IMG/VR virus record: IMGVR_UViG_2585427728_000005
Strand: one strand, 5' to 3'
Source: a virus
Taxonomy: Duplodnaviria; Heunggongvirae; Uroviricota; Caudoviricetes
DNA length: 12,726 bases
Every line of letters begins with the position of its first letter. Positions within the stretch are counted from its first letter, which is position 1. A program made the translations under genes and the position numbers. This document shows, piece after piece, positions 1 to 7,500 of this stretch. The notes under the pieces are model-generated. The model was given only the letters and a program-made list of their open reading frames with translations, made no database searches and was not told the origin of the DNA.

Positions 1-53
1 GGTATCCGTTCTGCTGAAGTGTCATGGCGTTGATTTTACGGTGACTCTTCGAC

Positions 54-83
54 AGTGAAAAGAAAAAAGGCCGCAGAGCGGCC
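54..83 (-). terminator. Rho-independent terminator downstream of the 209..646 gene
   Basis: Perfect GC stem GGCCGC (69-74) / GCGGCC (78-83) with a 3-nt loop; on the minus strand the hairpin is followed by a T-run (plus-strand A-run 63-68). No T-run follows it on the plus strand. Confidence 0.5.
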
Positions 84-208
84 ATAAACACAAGTAAAAA
101 TCAACAAGTTAGATAATTATCAAAGACTTACAGACACACAAAAACACAGCCAACCACAACAAATAACAGGGATGTGGTCACTTTGTGGATCATATCGCCG
201 CCATAAAT

Positions 209-646
209 TTACTTAATAACAGTAACCACAGCCACAAGCACGGCCATCGCAGACAGGACAATACCTGTGAGTAACCAAGTCTGATTTGCAAATGATTTCT
301 GAAGTTCAGTACGATGCTCAGCCATCTCAACTTTCAGAGACTGGCGTAAATCAGCCATCTCAGACTTCAGGGATTGGCGCGATTCTGCCATCTCAAGCCT
401 CAACCCTTCGCGAATCTCCAGTACATCAGATTTGGTAGCAAAGGATTCGCTTCTTGTGGTGAGAGTAATCAGGTTGTTTTTGATTTCAGTCACATCACTT
501 TCCAGGCAACTGACCCGCCGTTCAAGGTCGTCATTCATGCCATCACCTCCATCATTACCACTTCCTGTTACTTGGTTGTTGGATACATTATAGGCATTCT
601 CTTTCTTTTTTCTGAACCGCGAAATATGTGCAACATTCTCTGCCAT
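209..646 (-). CDS. Hypothetical protein with an 11-residue-repeat coiled coil and a C-terminal transmembrane helix; sits where a tail-fibre assembly/chaperone gene would be expected, but is not recognisable as one
   Basis: Open frame of 146 codons from a GTG at 649; the first ATG is at 646. Three 11-aa repeats (EMAESRQSLKS / EMADLRQSLKV / EMAEHRTELQK) and a hydrophobic C-terminus (WLLTGIVLSAMAVLVAVVTVIK). Lies directly downstream of the tail-fibre cassette on the same strand and is followed by the terminator at 54..83. Confidence 0.55.
   Translation of the reverse strand: MAENVAHISRFRKKKENAYNVSNNQVTGSGNDGGDGMNDDLERRVSCLESDVTEIKNNLITLTTRSESFATKSDVLEIREGLRLEMAESRQSLKSEMADLRQSLKVEMAEHRTELQKSFANQTWLLTGIVLSAMAVLVAVVTVIK
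318..416. repeat. Three imperfect 33-bp tandem repeats inside CDS 209..646, encoding the 11-residue coiled-coil repeats
   Basis: Copies begin with tcagccatctc at 318 and 351 and with tctgccatctc at 384; the period is exactly 33 bp. Confidence 0.7.
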
Positions 647-677
647 CACTTCTCATCACCCTGCTTGCCTACCCAGT

Positions 678-1100
678 TCATAAAGGCCCGGGCCGAGTAA
701 CGATGAACAAACCCACATCTGTTACAGGTAAGTCGGAATTCATAGTTATGGATATTTTCCCGATCATGTCCCTCATATCCCGGATATCCCAATTCCATCC
801 AACGGATGTATCACCATTAACAGTATTACCTGTTTGTCGGAGTGCAAATGCATTGACATTTTTGGCACTAATTGAAATATCGCTAGAACCATCAAAACCA
901 ACTCCAGCAATTTTTCGTGCTGTTTTCAGCTTTGTTGCAGTAGCGGCATTGCCGGACAGCTCCCCAGAAAGGCCACCGCTGAATGTTTGTCGATTGGTCC
1001 AGGTATTCGCTGTACTGAGTAACGGTATTTTCTCCCCGCTTGTGCCGAGTTCTCGTAAACCGAGGTTTTGGATAATGGCCGTTTCCGGCCTGCATGGCAT
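678..1100 (-). CDS. Tail-fibre protein C-terminal (variable) cassette with no N-terminal constant domain of its own; probably the invertase-proximal alternative cassette of an invertible segment
   Basis: Contains the conserved tail-fibre motif ATATKLKTARKIAGVGFDGSSDISI that I recall from P2 H, Mu S and P1 S type fibres. The frame is open upstream only to a stop at 1125-1127, so no constant part is encoded on the invertase side. The gix-like site at 1050..1075 lies inside its 5' end. Confidence 0.6.
   Translation of the reverse strand: MPCRPETAIIQNLGLRELGTSGEKIPLLSTANTWTNRQTFSGGLSGELSGNAATATKLKTARKIAGVGFDGSSDISISAKNVNAFALRQTGNTVNGDTSVGWNWDIRDMRDMIGKISITMNSDLPVTDVGLFIVTRPGPL
1050..1075. other. 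gix/hix-like recombination (crossover) site for the adjacent serine invertase
   Basis: TTCTCGTAAACC-GA-GGTTTTGGATAA: two 12-bp imperfect inverted half-sites (9/12 symmetric) around a central GA dinucleotide, about 55 bp upstream of the invertase start. It differs at only two positions from the Mu gix sequence as I recall it (TTCCTGTAAACCGAGGTTTTGGATAA). Confidence 0.65.
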
Positions 1101-1129
1101 GATTTGCGCTTTTGGACGGGAGATTCAGC

Positions 1130-1729
1130 GTGCTGATTGGCTATGTAAGGGTATCAACAAATGACCAGAATACAGACTTGCAACGAAACGCTCTTGTTTG
1201 TGCAGGATGCGAACAAATATTTGAAGATAAATTAAGCGGGACAAAGACAGACCGACCGGGATTAAAACGCGCTTTAAAGCGCCTTCAAAAAGGTGACACG
1301 CTGGTTGTCTGGAAACTGGATCGCCTCGGGCGAAGCATGAAACATCTGATTTCTCTCGTCGGGGAACTACGGGAGCGAGGGATTAATTTTCGCAGTCTGA
1401 CCGACAGCATAGATACATCTTCTCCAATGGGGCGTTTTTTCTTCCACGTGATGGGTGCCCTGGCTGAAATGGAACGTGAATTAATTGTTGAACGTACACT
1501 GGCCGGACTGGCGGCAGCGCGCGCACGGGGGCGCACAGGCGGACGTCGACCGAAGCTGACAAAAGAACAGCATGAGCAAATAGCAAGGCTAATCAAAAAC
1601 GGGCACGACAGAAAACAACTGGCAATAATTTACGGCATTGGCACATCGACGATTTATCGTTATCACCCTGTAGGCGATATACAGACTGAAGAAACAACCG
1701 GGCAGACTCAGGAAAATGAAAACCGCTAA
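1130..1729 (+). CDS. Serine recombinase DNA invertase of the Gin/Pin/Cin/Hin family
   Basis: From the GTG at 1130 the product is 199 aa and begins VLIGYVRVSTNDQNTDLQRNAL, the hallmark N-terminus of Gin/Pin with the catalytic Ser in YVRVST; it also has the GDTLVVWKLDRLGRS and MGRFFFHVMGALAEMERELI blocks and a C-terminal HTH region. A GGGAGA Shine-Dalgarno lies 6 nt upstream of the GTG. The ORF track begins at a TTG at 1112, which is probably not the real start. Confidence 0.9.
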   Translation: MLIGYVRVSTNDQNTDLQRNALVCAGCEQIFEDKLSGTKTDRPGLKRALKRLQKGDTLVVWKLDRLGRSMKHLISLVGELRERGINFRSLTDSIDTSSPMGRFFFHVMGALAEMERELIVERTLAGLAAARARGRTGGRRPKLTKEQHEQIARLIKNGHDRKQLAIIYGIGTSTIYRYHPVGDIQTEETTGQTQENENR

Positions 1730-1749
1730 TCTGACCATTAGCGGTTTTT
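1719..1749. terminator. Bidirectional intrinsic terminator between the convergent invertase and gpU genes
   Basis: Perfect 12-bp inverted repeat aaaaccgctaat (1719-1730) / attagcggtttt (1737-1748) with a 6-nt loop, and A/T runs on both sides giving a U-tract in either direction. The invertase stop codon lies in the left arm. Confidence 0.5.
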
Positions 1750-1757
1750 GTGTAAAA

Positions 1758-2252
1758 TCAGAACAGCCCTTTAACTGAACTGGCCGCGCTGTTAAGAGAT
1801 GATGTCACCTTATCTTTGAAGCCGGACAGCATATCACTGAACGATGAGGATTGCAGGCGCTCCCGCAAATCCTCATCACAGCGTTCAAGGGTCAGTGAAA
1901 ATTCTATCTTTTTCGCCTTACCGTAGCGATCAAACTCGGAACGGGTCGTATTCGTTTCAGTCAGCACATACATGCCGTAAATCTGCCCGACGCCATCAAT
2001 CAGAGGCCAGGGTCGTCCTGTATACGCCTGCGTGGTCAGCAGCGACAGCGATACTTCGCCACCTGTAATTTCAGGATAAAGCACACCAGAAAGAACGATG
2101 CGATCATCTCCTGCACCGATATACTGCCAGCTTGCTGAACGGTTAACGCGTTCATTTTTCACATGCCGCCAGCTTTTGTTTTGCTGTAACTGCTGATGCG
2201 GCAGCGTGCGCAGCTCAAAAACAAACATGCCGTAGATCATCATCATGGCCAT
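1758..2252 (-). CDS. U: P2-type tail protein gpU
   Basis: About 160 aa, immediately downstream of the tape measure gene on the same strand, matching P2 gene order T-U. The N-terminus (MMMIYGMFVFELRTLPHQQLQ) fits my recollection of the gpU family. A GAGGAG Shine-Dalgarno lies upstream; the true start may be the second or third Met. Confidence 0.75.
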   Translation of the reverse strand: MAMMMIYGMFVFELRTLPHQQLQQNKSWRHVKNERVNRSASWQYIGAGDDRIVLSGVLYPEITGGEVSLSLLTTQAYTGRPWPLIDGVGQIYGMYVLTETNTTRSEFDRYGKAKKIEFSLTLERCDEDLRERLQSSSFSDMLSGFKDKVTSSLNSAASSVKGLF

Positions 2253-2258
2253 GACTCC

Positions 2259-5075
2259 TCAATCTTTATCGTAAAAACTGCCACGCCCGGCACGGGCGCG
2301 CCGTTCCATTTCTGCCCTGACCATTTCACCTACCAGTTTCGCAAGTTCGCGGGGATTCTGCGTAACAACGTTATGCAGATGAACATGAATTTCACCGCCA
2401 AATCCGGAGGCAACCGGCTCCCGATTACGGGAAGCTGCAGGAACTGATGCCACTGGCGATCGTATGGCCTCCGCCACCGGGCGGGAGCTGGCCGCAACAA
2501 CAGGGACCAGCGCCGGAGGCAGCGGAGCCGGGACCACGGGTGTGATATTAATTGCGGGGGCAGGCTTACTGACCTGCGCAATCTTCCGCTCCTGCCACTC
2601 CCCACGAACGGCAAGTGCGCGGGGCAGGTTCTTAAAGACAATATCGCCGGGGCCAATGCGTTTTTTCGTCTCATCAACCAGCTTACCTGTGTTATCAGCA
2701 ATTTTGCTGAGTCTGCGCAGCGTACCGGTATTGCTGTCTGTGAGCGGTTTATTGTCTTTGGGGTTATCACCTCCGGTACCATTGCCATTTTCCACAGGCT
2801 TCGGCGGATTGATTTTCGCCAGGTCCCCCTGAAGCAAGGCAACCTTGTCCTGAAGAATGGCCGCACGCTGTGCGTCTTCGATTTTCTTGCGCGCCCTTTC
2901 CGCTTCATCCGGAAGGACGCCAAGTTTTTCAAGTATCCACGCCAGCGTATCCAGCAGCATTTTTGCAGGTGTCAGAACAAGCTGTAACGCACCGCCAAGA
3001 ACGTTACCGAATATCTCGCCAGCACTGGTACATTTATCCAGCGTTTCCTTGCTGGACTCCATCGGTGACAGCAGCGATTTAAACCAGTTAAACACCTGGC
3101 TGATCCCGCTCCCGATTGCGTCAAAAACAGGACCAAACCGTTCAAAAGTTTCGCGCAACGGGGTCAGCCTTTCCATAATCCCGCTGAACACCCCGGCAAA
3201 AAATGCCCTGATGGGATCCCAGTATTTCCAGATAAGAACGGCAGCTCCGGCAAGCGCAGCCACGATAAGACCAACCGGACTGAACAACGCCCCGATAGCG
3301 CCTCCCAGCAAAGAAACGGACCCCGTCACCATTCCCCATAGTGCTGGCAGGACCCTGACAGCATTCATTGATCCGGTCAGGAGAGAAAAACCAAGACGCA
3401 GTTTTGCCAGCGGACCAGCAAGCACACCAATAGCCAGCGACAACGAGCCAACCGTTGCAGTCATTGCCAGCAACGCACCGCCTGCTATCAGTAGCTGGCG
3501 CGTCAGTGCCGGATGGGCCTGCGCCAGCGCCGTCACCCTTGATACCACCCGCGTGAGCCACTGCGTGACAGAACGCAGCGGACCGTCAATCAGATCTGCA
3601 ATGCGGATGCGCAACCCTTCCCATGCACTGCCGAGTGATTTCAGATCGCCGTCAAGGTTGTTGGCCATAACCTTTGCTGTGCGTTCAGCCTCACCGCGCG
3701 CGCCTTCAAGTTCTTTTCTCAGTTTGGGTAAGGAACCGTCACCCGCTGCATCAACGAGCGCCATAAACGATGTGAAAGCCTCTTCTCCGGCAATGTCCTT
3801 AAAGAACGATACCCGGTCAACTTCCCCGTATTTGCGGGTGGCTTTATAAAGGTCGGCCAGCACATCCTCCATCGGGCGCATTTTGCCCCCGGCATCCGAG
3901 ACGGACACGCCCAGCTCTTTCAGAGCTTCTGCCCCCGCCTTTGGCGGTGATGCCAGACGAGCCAGGCTGGCACGCATTGCCGTCCCGGCATCACTCCCTC
4001 TGATGCCCATATTCGCCAGCACGCCAGCCATCGCTGCGGCCTGCTCCAGCGATATTCCCAGCTTCCCCGCCACCGGACCTGCATATTTCATGGTTTCGCC
4101 CAGTGCGCGAAGGTCAGTGTTGGTACGGGTAAACGCTGCGGTGAGTGTGTCACCGACCCGGTCCATCTGGTCAGCAGAAAGGCCGAACTGCGTCAGGATA
4201 TTTGAGCCAATATCTGCCGTCTCGCCGAGATCCATACCGCCAGCCGTTGCCATGCTCAGCACGCCGGGAAGCGCAGCCTGAATGGCCTGCGGAGTGAAGC
4301 CAGCCATTGCAAGAAATGCCTGTCCACTGGCGGCATCGCCTGCGGTGAACTGCGTTTCAGAGCCAAGTTTTAACGCCTGCTCACGCAGCGCTTTAAACTG
4401 CGGGCTGTTCTGGTCGATTCGCGTCAGTGCCTGAACGCGGGACATCTCTTTGCCGAACCCGATCGCAGGCTGCAAAAAACGCCCGGCAGCATAGCCGCCC
4501 GCCGCTGCCGCACCAATTGCCAGCGCACCACCTGTTTTCAGTTTTCCCGCTGTTTCCTGCGCGCGCGAATACCGCTCACGCGCCCGCGTTACACGCGCAA
4601 GCGCCTGCCGTTCGCGTTCAAGCTGGTTGTTGTACTGTTCGGTGCGTCTGATGGCCTGCTGGATGGTGTTATCGCTGCCTGTCAGGGAAATGCCGTGGCG
4701 TTTCAGCTCTCCGCCAAGTTCCCGCATTTTCTGAATTTCCCGTGTGCGCGATTCATTCAGGCGTTCAAGCCGGGTGCTTAACTGCCGCATCAGCTTTTGT
4801 TGTTTTTCGCTGAGCACTGTACCCGTGCGTTGTAACTGATTAAGGGCGTTAAGCTGGCGTCGTGCTTTCAATATGCCAGCATCCGCTTTACTGACAGCGT
4901 CACGGGCGCGCTCAAATGAACGCGCCTGACGCTCGAGATTTTTGATCGCCCCCTGCGTTCGCTGGATGGAGTCACCAAGCTGCCCCATCAGGCGGCGGGC
5001 GTTTTCGGCAGGCCGGGTCAACCTGTCAACGGCGCTGAAAGCGACCCGGATATCAAGAGTCTTCATTATCTGCAT
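2259..5075 (-). CDS. T: Tail tape measure protein (gpT-like)
   Basis: 938-aa ORF with a long coiled-coil N-terminal region and Gly/Ala-rich hydrophobic segments typical of tape measure proteins. It lies between the chaperone gene E/E' and U. The start may be the internal Met at 5066. Confidence 0.85.
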   Translation of the reverse strand: MQIMKTLDIRVAFSAVDRLTRPAENARRLMGQLGDSIQRTQGAIKNLERQARSFERARDAVSKADAGILKARRQLNALNQLQRTGTVLSEKQQKLMRQLSTRLERLNESRTREIQKMRELGGELKRHGISLTGSDNTIQQAIRRTEQYNNQLERERQALARVTRARERYSRAQETAGKLKTGGALAIGAAAAGGYAAGRFLQPAIGFGKEMSRVQALTRIDQNSPQFKALREQALKLGSETQFTAGDAASGQAFLAMAGFTPQAIQAALPGVLSMATAGGMDLGETADIGSNILTQFGLSADQMDRVGDTLTAAFTRTNTDLRALGETMKYAGPVAGKLGISLEQAAAMAGVLANMGIRGSDAGTAMRASLARLASPPKAGAEALKELGVSVSDAGGKMRPMEDVLADLYKATRKYGEVDRVSFFKDIAGEEAFTSFMALVDAAGDGSLPKLRKELEGARGEAERTAKVMANNLDGDLKSLGSAWEGLRIRIADLIDGPLRSVTQWLTRVVSRVTALAQAHPALTRQLLIAGGALLAMTATVGSLSLAIGVLAGPLAKLRLGFSLLTGSMNAVRVLPALWGMVTGSVSLLGGAIGALFSPVGLIVAALAGAAVLIWKYWDPIRAFFAGVFSGIMERLTPLRETFERFGPVFDAIGSGISQVFNWFKSLLSPMESSKETLDKCTSAGEIFGNVLGGALQLVLTPAKMLLDTLAWILEKLGVLPDEAERARKKIEDAQRAAILQDKVALLQGDLAKINPPKPVENGNGTGGDNPKDNKPLTDSNTGTLRRLSKIADNTGKLVDETKKRIGPGDIVFKNLPRALAVRGEWQERKIAQVSKPAPAINITPVVPAPLPPALVPVVAASSRPVAEAIRSPVASVPAASRNREPVASGFGGEIHVHLHNVVTQNPRELAKLVGEMVRAEMERRARAGRGSFYDKD

Positions 5076-5289
5076 TCCCGCTGCGAAGTGCCGCCCGCTC
5101 GCGCCAGCTAACCACTTCGCCGGGCGTCATCATGAAGATTTCGGCGGGCGACCAGTTAAAAATGGCGGCAATATCCGCCACCAGATCTTCGATGTGCTCA
5201 AAGCACACCAGGGTGATTACGCTGCCGTCTCCTGCACGCTCTTCGCGCCAGAGTCTGGCTCGCTCATAAAATTTACAGCCACAGCGCAC
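5053..5289 (-). CDS. gpE' extension: the -1 frame part of the tail assembly chaperone fusion E+E', reached by programmed frameshift from gpE
   Basis: A -1 frame relative to gpE is open from 5319 to a stop at 5053 and overlaps both the 3' end of gpE and the 5' end of gpT, the conserved arrangement of tail chaperone frameshift genes. The slippery heptamer is at 5268..5274. Confidence 0.6.
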   Translation of the reverse strand: MRCGCKFYERARLWREERAGDGSVITLVCFEHIEDLVADIAAIFNWSPAEIFMMTPGEVVSWRERAALRSGNADNEDS

Positions 5290-5591
5290 AACTGAATAAA
5301 ATCGCGTGACGACATTTTTTTAATCATCACTTCATCCAGTCGTGGCGAGGTCACGCGAGGCAACAGCGTGAACATGGTATCCGCTTTCAGATTCAGCACA
5401 TCAGACAGCGACAGACCACGCAGGGATCCAGCCTGCTCAATAGCCCCGGTGATCTCCACATACGTGATTTTTTCGCCACCACGCTCAATTGGTCGGGTCA
5501 GTTTTACGCCACGTTCGACAGCCATATCCTCACCTGCCGTCACATCATCCGCCACGGTGTTATTCCGGGTTTCAGTATCGATGTCTTTCAT
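5217..5591 (-). CDS. E: Tail assembly chaperone gpE (0-frame product)
   Basis: 124-aa ORF between the tube gene and the tape measure gene, with an AAGGAG Shine-Dalgarno 7 nt upstream of the ATG at 5591. Position and the overlapping -1 frame match the P2 E/E' arrangement. Confidence 0.7.
   Translation of the reverse strand: MKDIDTETRNNTVADDVTAGEDMAVERGVKLTRPIERGGEKITYVEITGAIEQAGSLRGLSLSDVLNLKADTMFTLLPRVTSPRLDEVMIKKMSSRDFIQLCAVAVNFMSEPDSGAKSVQETAA
5268..5274 (-). other. Candidate -1 programmed ribosomal frameshift slippery heptamer A_AAT_TTT in gpE
   Basis: In the gpE frame the minus strand reads GTA AAT TTT ATG (V N F M). The heptamer A-AAT-TTT fits the X_XXY_YYZ pattern, and a -1 slip gives AAA TTT TAT (K F Y), which is exactly the sequence of the overlapping frame. 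Confidence 0.4.
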
Positions 5592-5646
5592 CAGTTGTCT
5601 CCTTTTCAGTCAGAGGCGACGCACTGCGCCGCCTGCATATTATTTA

Positions 5647-6159
5647 TCAGCCAAGCCCAAGCGCGGAACGGATACGGTCAGGCACAATGTCCTTGCCGTC
5701 CTTCCGGTAGATGTGGTTCAACAGGTCGATTTCCCACAGCGGGCGATCGTTAACGCTCAGCTTGTAGTAGGTGTTTTTGACAGCGTAAGTGTGTGATGTG
5801 GCTTCACCCTGTTTGGCTTCCCCCATATCAATTTCCGTCACACGCCCGCGCATCTCGATTTCATACAGATCACTTTCTGCATCGGTGTAGTATTCACCCG
5901 CAAAACGCAGCAGCGTGCCGTCAATCGTGCCGCCATATTTAAGGAACAGCTCACGAACTGCGCCCCCCATGACAAAGCTCGCATCAAGCGCGGAGTCGTC
6001 CAGACCGAGATCAATACTTACCGCCCCCATCATGCCACCACCCCGGTAGCTGTCGGTTTTGCGCGTCAGCTTAGGCAGAGTGACGGACGTCACCTTACCC
6101 ACTTCGTTTTCACCATCCACAAACAGCGTAAAAAAGCGAAGATGTTTTGGCACAGCCAT
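5647..6159 (-). CDS. FII: Tail tube protein (gpFII-like)
   Basis: 170 aa, immediately downstream of the sheath gene; the sheath stop and tube start overlap as TGATG at 6157-6161. Size and position match the P2 FI-FII pair. Confidence 0.85.
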   Translation of the reverse strand: MAVPKHLRFFTLFVDGENEVGKVTSVTLPKLTRKTDSYRGGGMMGAVSIDLGLDDSALDASFVMGGAVRELFLKYGGTIDGTLLRFAGEYYTDAESDLYEIEMRGRVTEIDMGEAKQGEATSHTYAVKNTYYKLSVNDRPLWEIDLLNHIYRKDGKDIVPDRIRSALGLG

Positions 6160-7343
6160 CAGGCACCTCCCAGCACCGCAAATGCGGGTTCAAAGTATTC
6201 ATCAGTAAACGTCTGGTAAAGCTCCATGTCTTCCAGTGGCGGAACGGGCGTATATTTGTAGCGAATGCGCACACGCCCCTGACGTAAATCCGTGGTGCTG
6301 TTATCCACCACGTCATACCAGCACTCCGCACCAATCAGTTTCCCGGCAGTAACCAGTGAATCCAGTTTTGCCCTGATGGCACTGATAACATCCTTCACGT
6401 TCGCAGGCGTCAGTGGACTGTCGATGGTTTCAAACTGCGCTTCCGCAATTGAATCAGCCAGCACCTGTGCGGTTCGGGTATACACCTCAAAGATGTAGGC
6501 GTTCGTTTCCGGTGTGCGGTTGCCCCAGAAGCGGAACCCGTTGCGACGAATAATGGTCGTGATTTCTTTGTTGTTGAGGCTGTTGGCATCACTGTCTTCG
6601 GCCTGCAACGACCAGAACACATGCCTGGACATCCCCAGCACATTTTTAACCGGAACGTTGGACAGCGATTTGTGCCAGCCCTGCTCATGGTCAATGTACG
6701 CACGAAGGCCGCACGCATAAGCAGGCGCGGGGAACGTTTCGTTTTCGCCACTTTTCGGGTTGTAGGCGATGAAGTCCGGCCATAAGAGCATCACTTCACG
6801 TTCGTTGAATTTCTGGCGGTAGGTAATCGCTTCAGCCATCGTGTTACAGCCGTGACATGAGGCATACACAAACGCACGCAGTTTACCCGCAATCACGCAC
6901 AGGGATTTTGTCACCGCCTCCGTGTCCAGCTCCGGCGCGGCCAGAATACGCGGACGGTATCCGATGCTTTCATCCTGCTCTGCAACAAGCAGCGCATACA
7001 TCCCCGTATAGCTGCCGTCATCCTCAGAACCACCGATAACCAGTTGATCCTGCGTCTTTTCGTCTTCTTCTTTGTGTTCAGCCACGCGAACGACGATCAC
7101 CTTTGTGCTCACCTGGTCTGCGATGGCCTTAAGCGCACGATAAAGCGTCCCCGTTGTCCCGCATTTTCCCAGCACGTCATTGACGCGGGTCAGCAGTGTG
7201 GGCTTGTTCAGCGGGAACAGCTTCGCGTCCGCATCATCCGCCGTTGCCACGATACCGATAACACTGGAATCAACATCATTAATCGCTGTTACCAGGTCGG
7301 TATTTTCCGTAACACGGGCACCATGAAAACGAGTTTCACTCAT
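6159..7343 (-). CDS. FI: Contractile tail sheath protein (gpFI-like)
   Basis: 394 aa (P2 FI is about 396 aa), first gene of the FI-FII-E-T-U block, with an AAGGGG Shine-Dalgarno upstream of the ATG at 7343. Confidence 0.9.
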   Translation of the reverse strand: MSETRFHGARVTENTDLVTAINDVDSSVIGIVATADDADAKLFPLNKPTLLTRVNDVLGKCGTTGTLYRALKAIADQVSTKVIVVRVAEHKEEDEKTQDQLVIGGSEDDGSYTGMYALLVAEQDESIGYRPRILAAPELDTEAVTKSLCVIAGKLRAFVYASCHGCNTMAEAITYRQKFNEREVMLLWPDFIAYNPKSGENETFPAPAYACGLRAYIDHEQGWHKSLSNVPVKNVLGMSRHVFWSLQAEDSDANSLNNKEITTIIRRNGFRFWGNRTPETNAYIFEVYTRTAQVLADSIAEAQFETIDSPLTPANVKDVISAIRAKLDSLVTAGKLIGAECWYDVVDNSTTDLRQGRVRIRYKYTPVPPLEDMELYQTFTDEYFEPAFAVLGGA

Positions 7344-7500
7344 AGCTTCAGCCCCTTGTATCCGTTAAATGATTCGGCAACAATCATCACCCACCACGCG
7401 CGTAATCTCACCCCTGCGCCGTTCTCCCGACCCGGCGACAACAAAAAGCAGTAACCCCCTCCGCACGCACATGCGACCATGCCACACAGGGAGGGAACAG

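Noticed and set aside
2-10. 9-mer GTATCCGTT shared between positions 2..10 and 7358..7366, considered as possible inversion junction repeats
   Set aside because: Too short to be significant in a 12.7-kb window searched on both strands, and position 2 is not at a gene-block boundary I can define.
117-142. TTATCAAAGACTT resembling one gix half-site (TTATCCAAAACC)
   Set aside because: Only one half-site matches (about 10 of 13); the adjacent 12 bp do not form the inverted partner half, so it is not a full crossover site.
1112-1129. TTG at 1112 as the invertase start (ORF-track start)
   Set aside because: Gin/Pin/Hin invertases begin at the conserved (M)LIGYVRVST block, and the GTG at 1130 has a Shine-Dalgarno; the six extra N-terminal codons are unlikely to be translated.
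374-1164. Plus-strand ORFs 374..700 and 628..1164, and minus-strand ORF 892..1095, overlapping the tail-fibre cassette and coiled-coil gene
   Set aside because: They are antisense or alternative-frame overlaps of better-supported genes and have no ribosome-binding site or recognisable features.
2857-3849. 330-aa plus-strand ORF, along with several other plus-strand ORFs (2464..2832, 3883..4281, 4427..4651) and minus-strand ORFs (2330..2932, 3142..3561), inside the tape measure gene
   Set aside because: They lie entirely within the GC-rich gpT coding region on the opposite strand or in alternative frames. Their Ser/Pro/Ala/Arg-rich composition is typical of shadow ORFs in high-GC coding DNA.
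6110-7039. Alternative-frame ORFs 6110..6334, 6292..6498, 6410..6751, 6514..6720 and 6857..7039 within the sheath gene region
   Set aside because: Shadow ORFs inside the well-supported gpFI gene.
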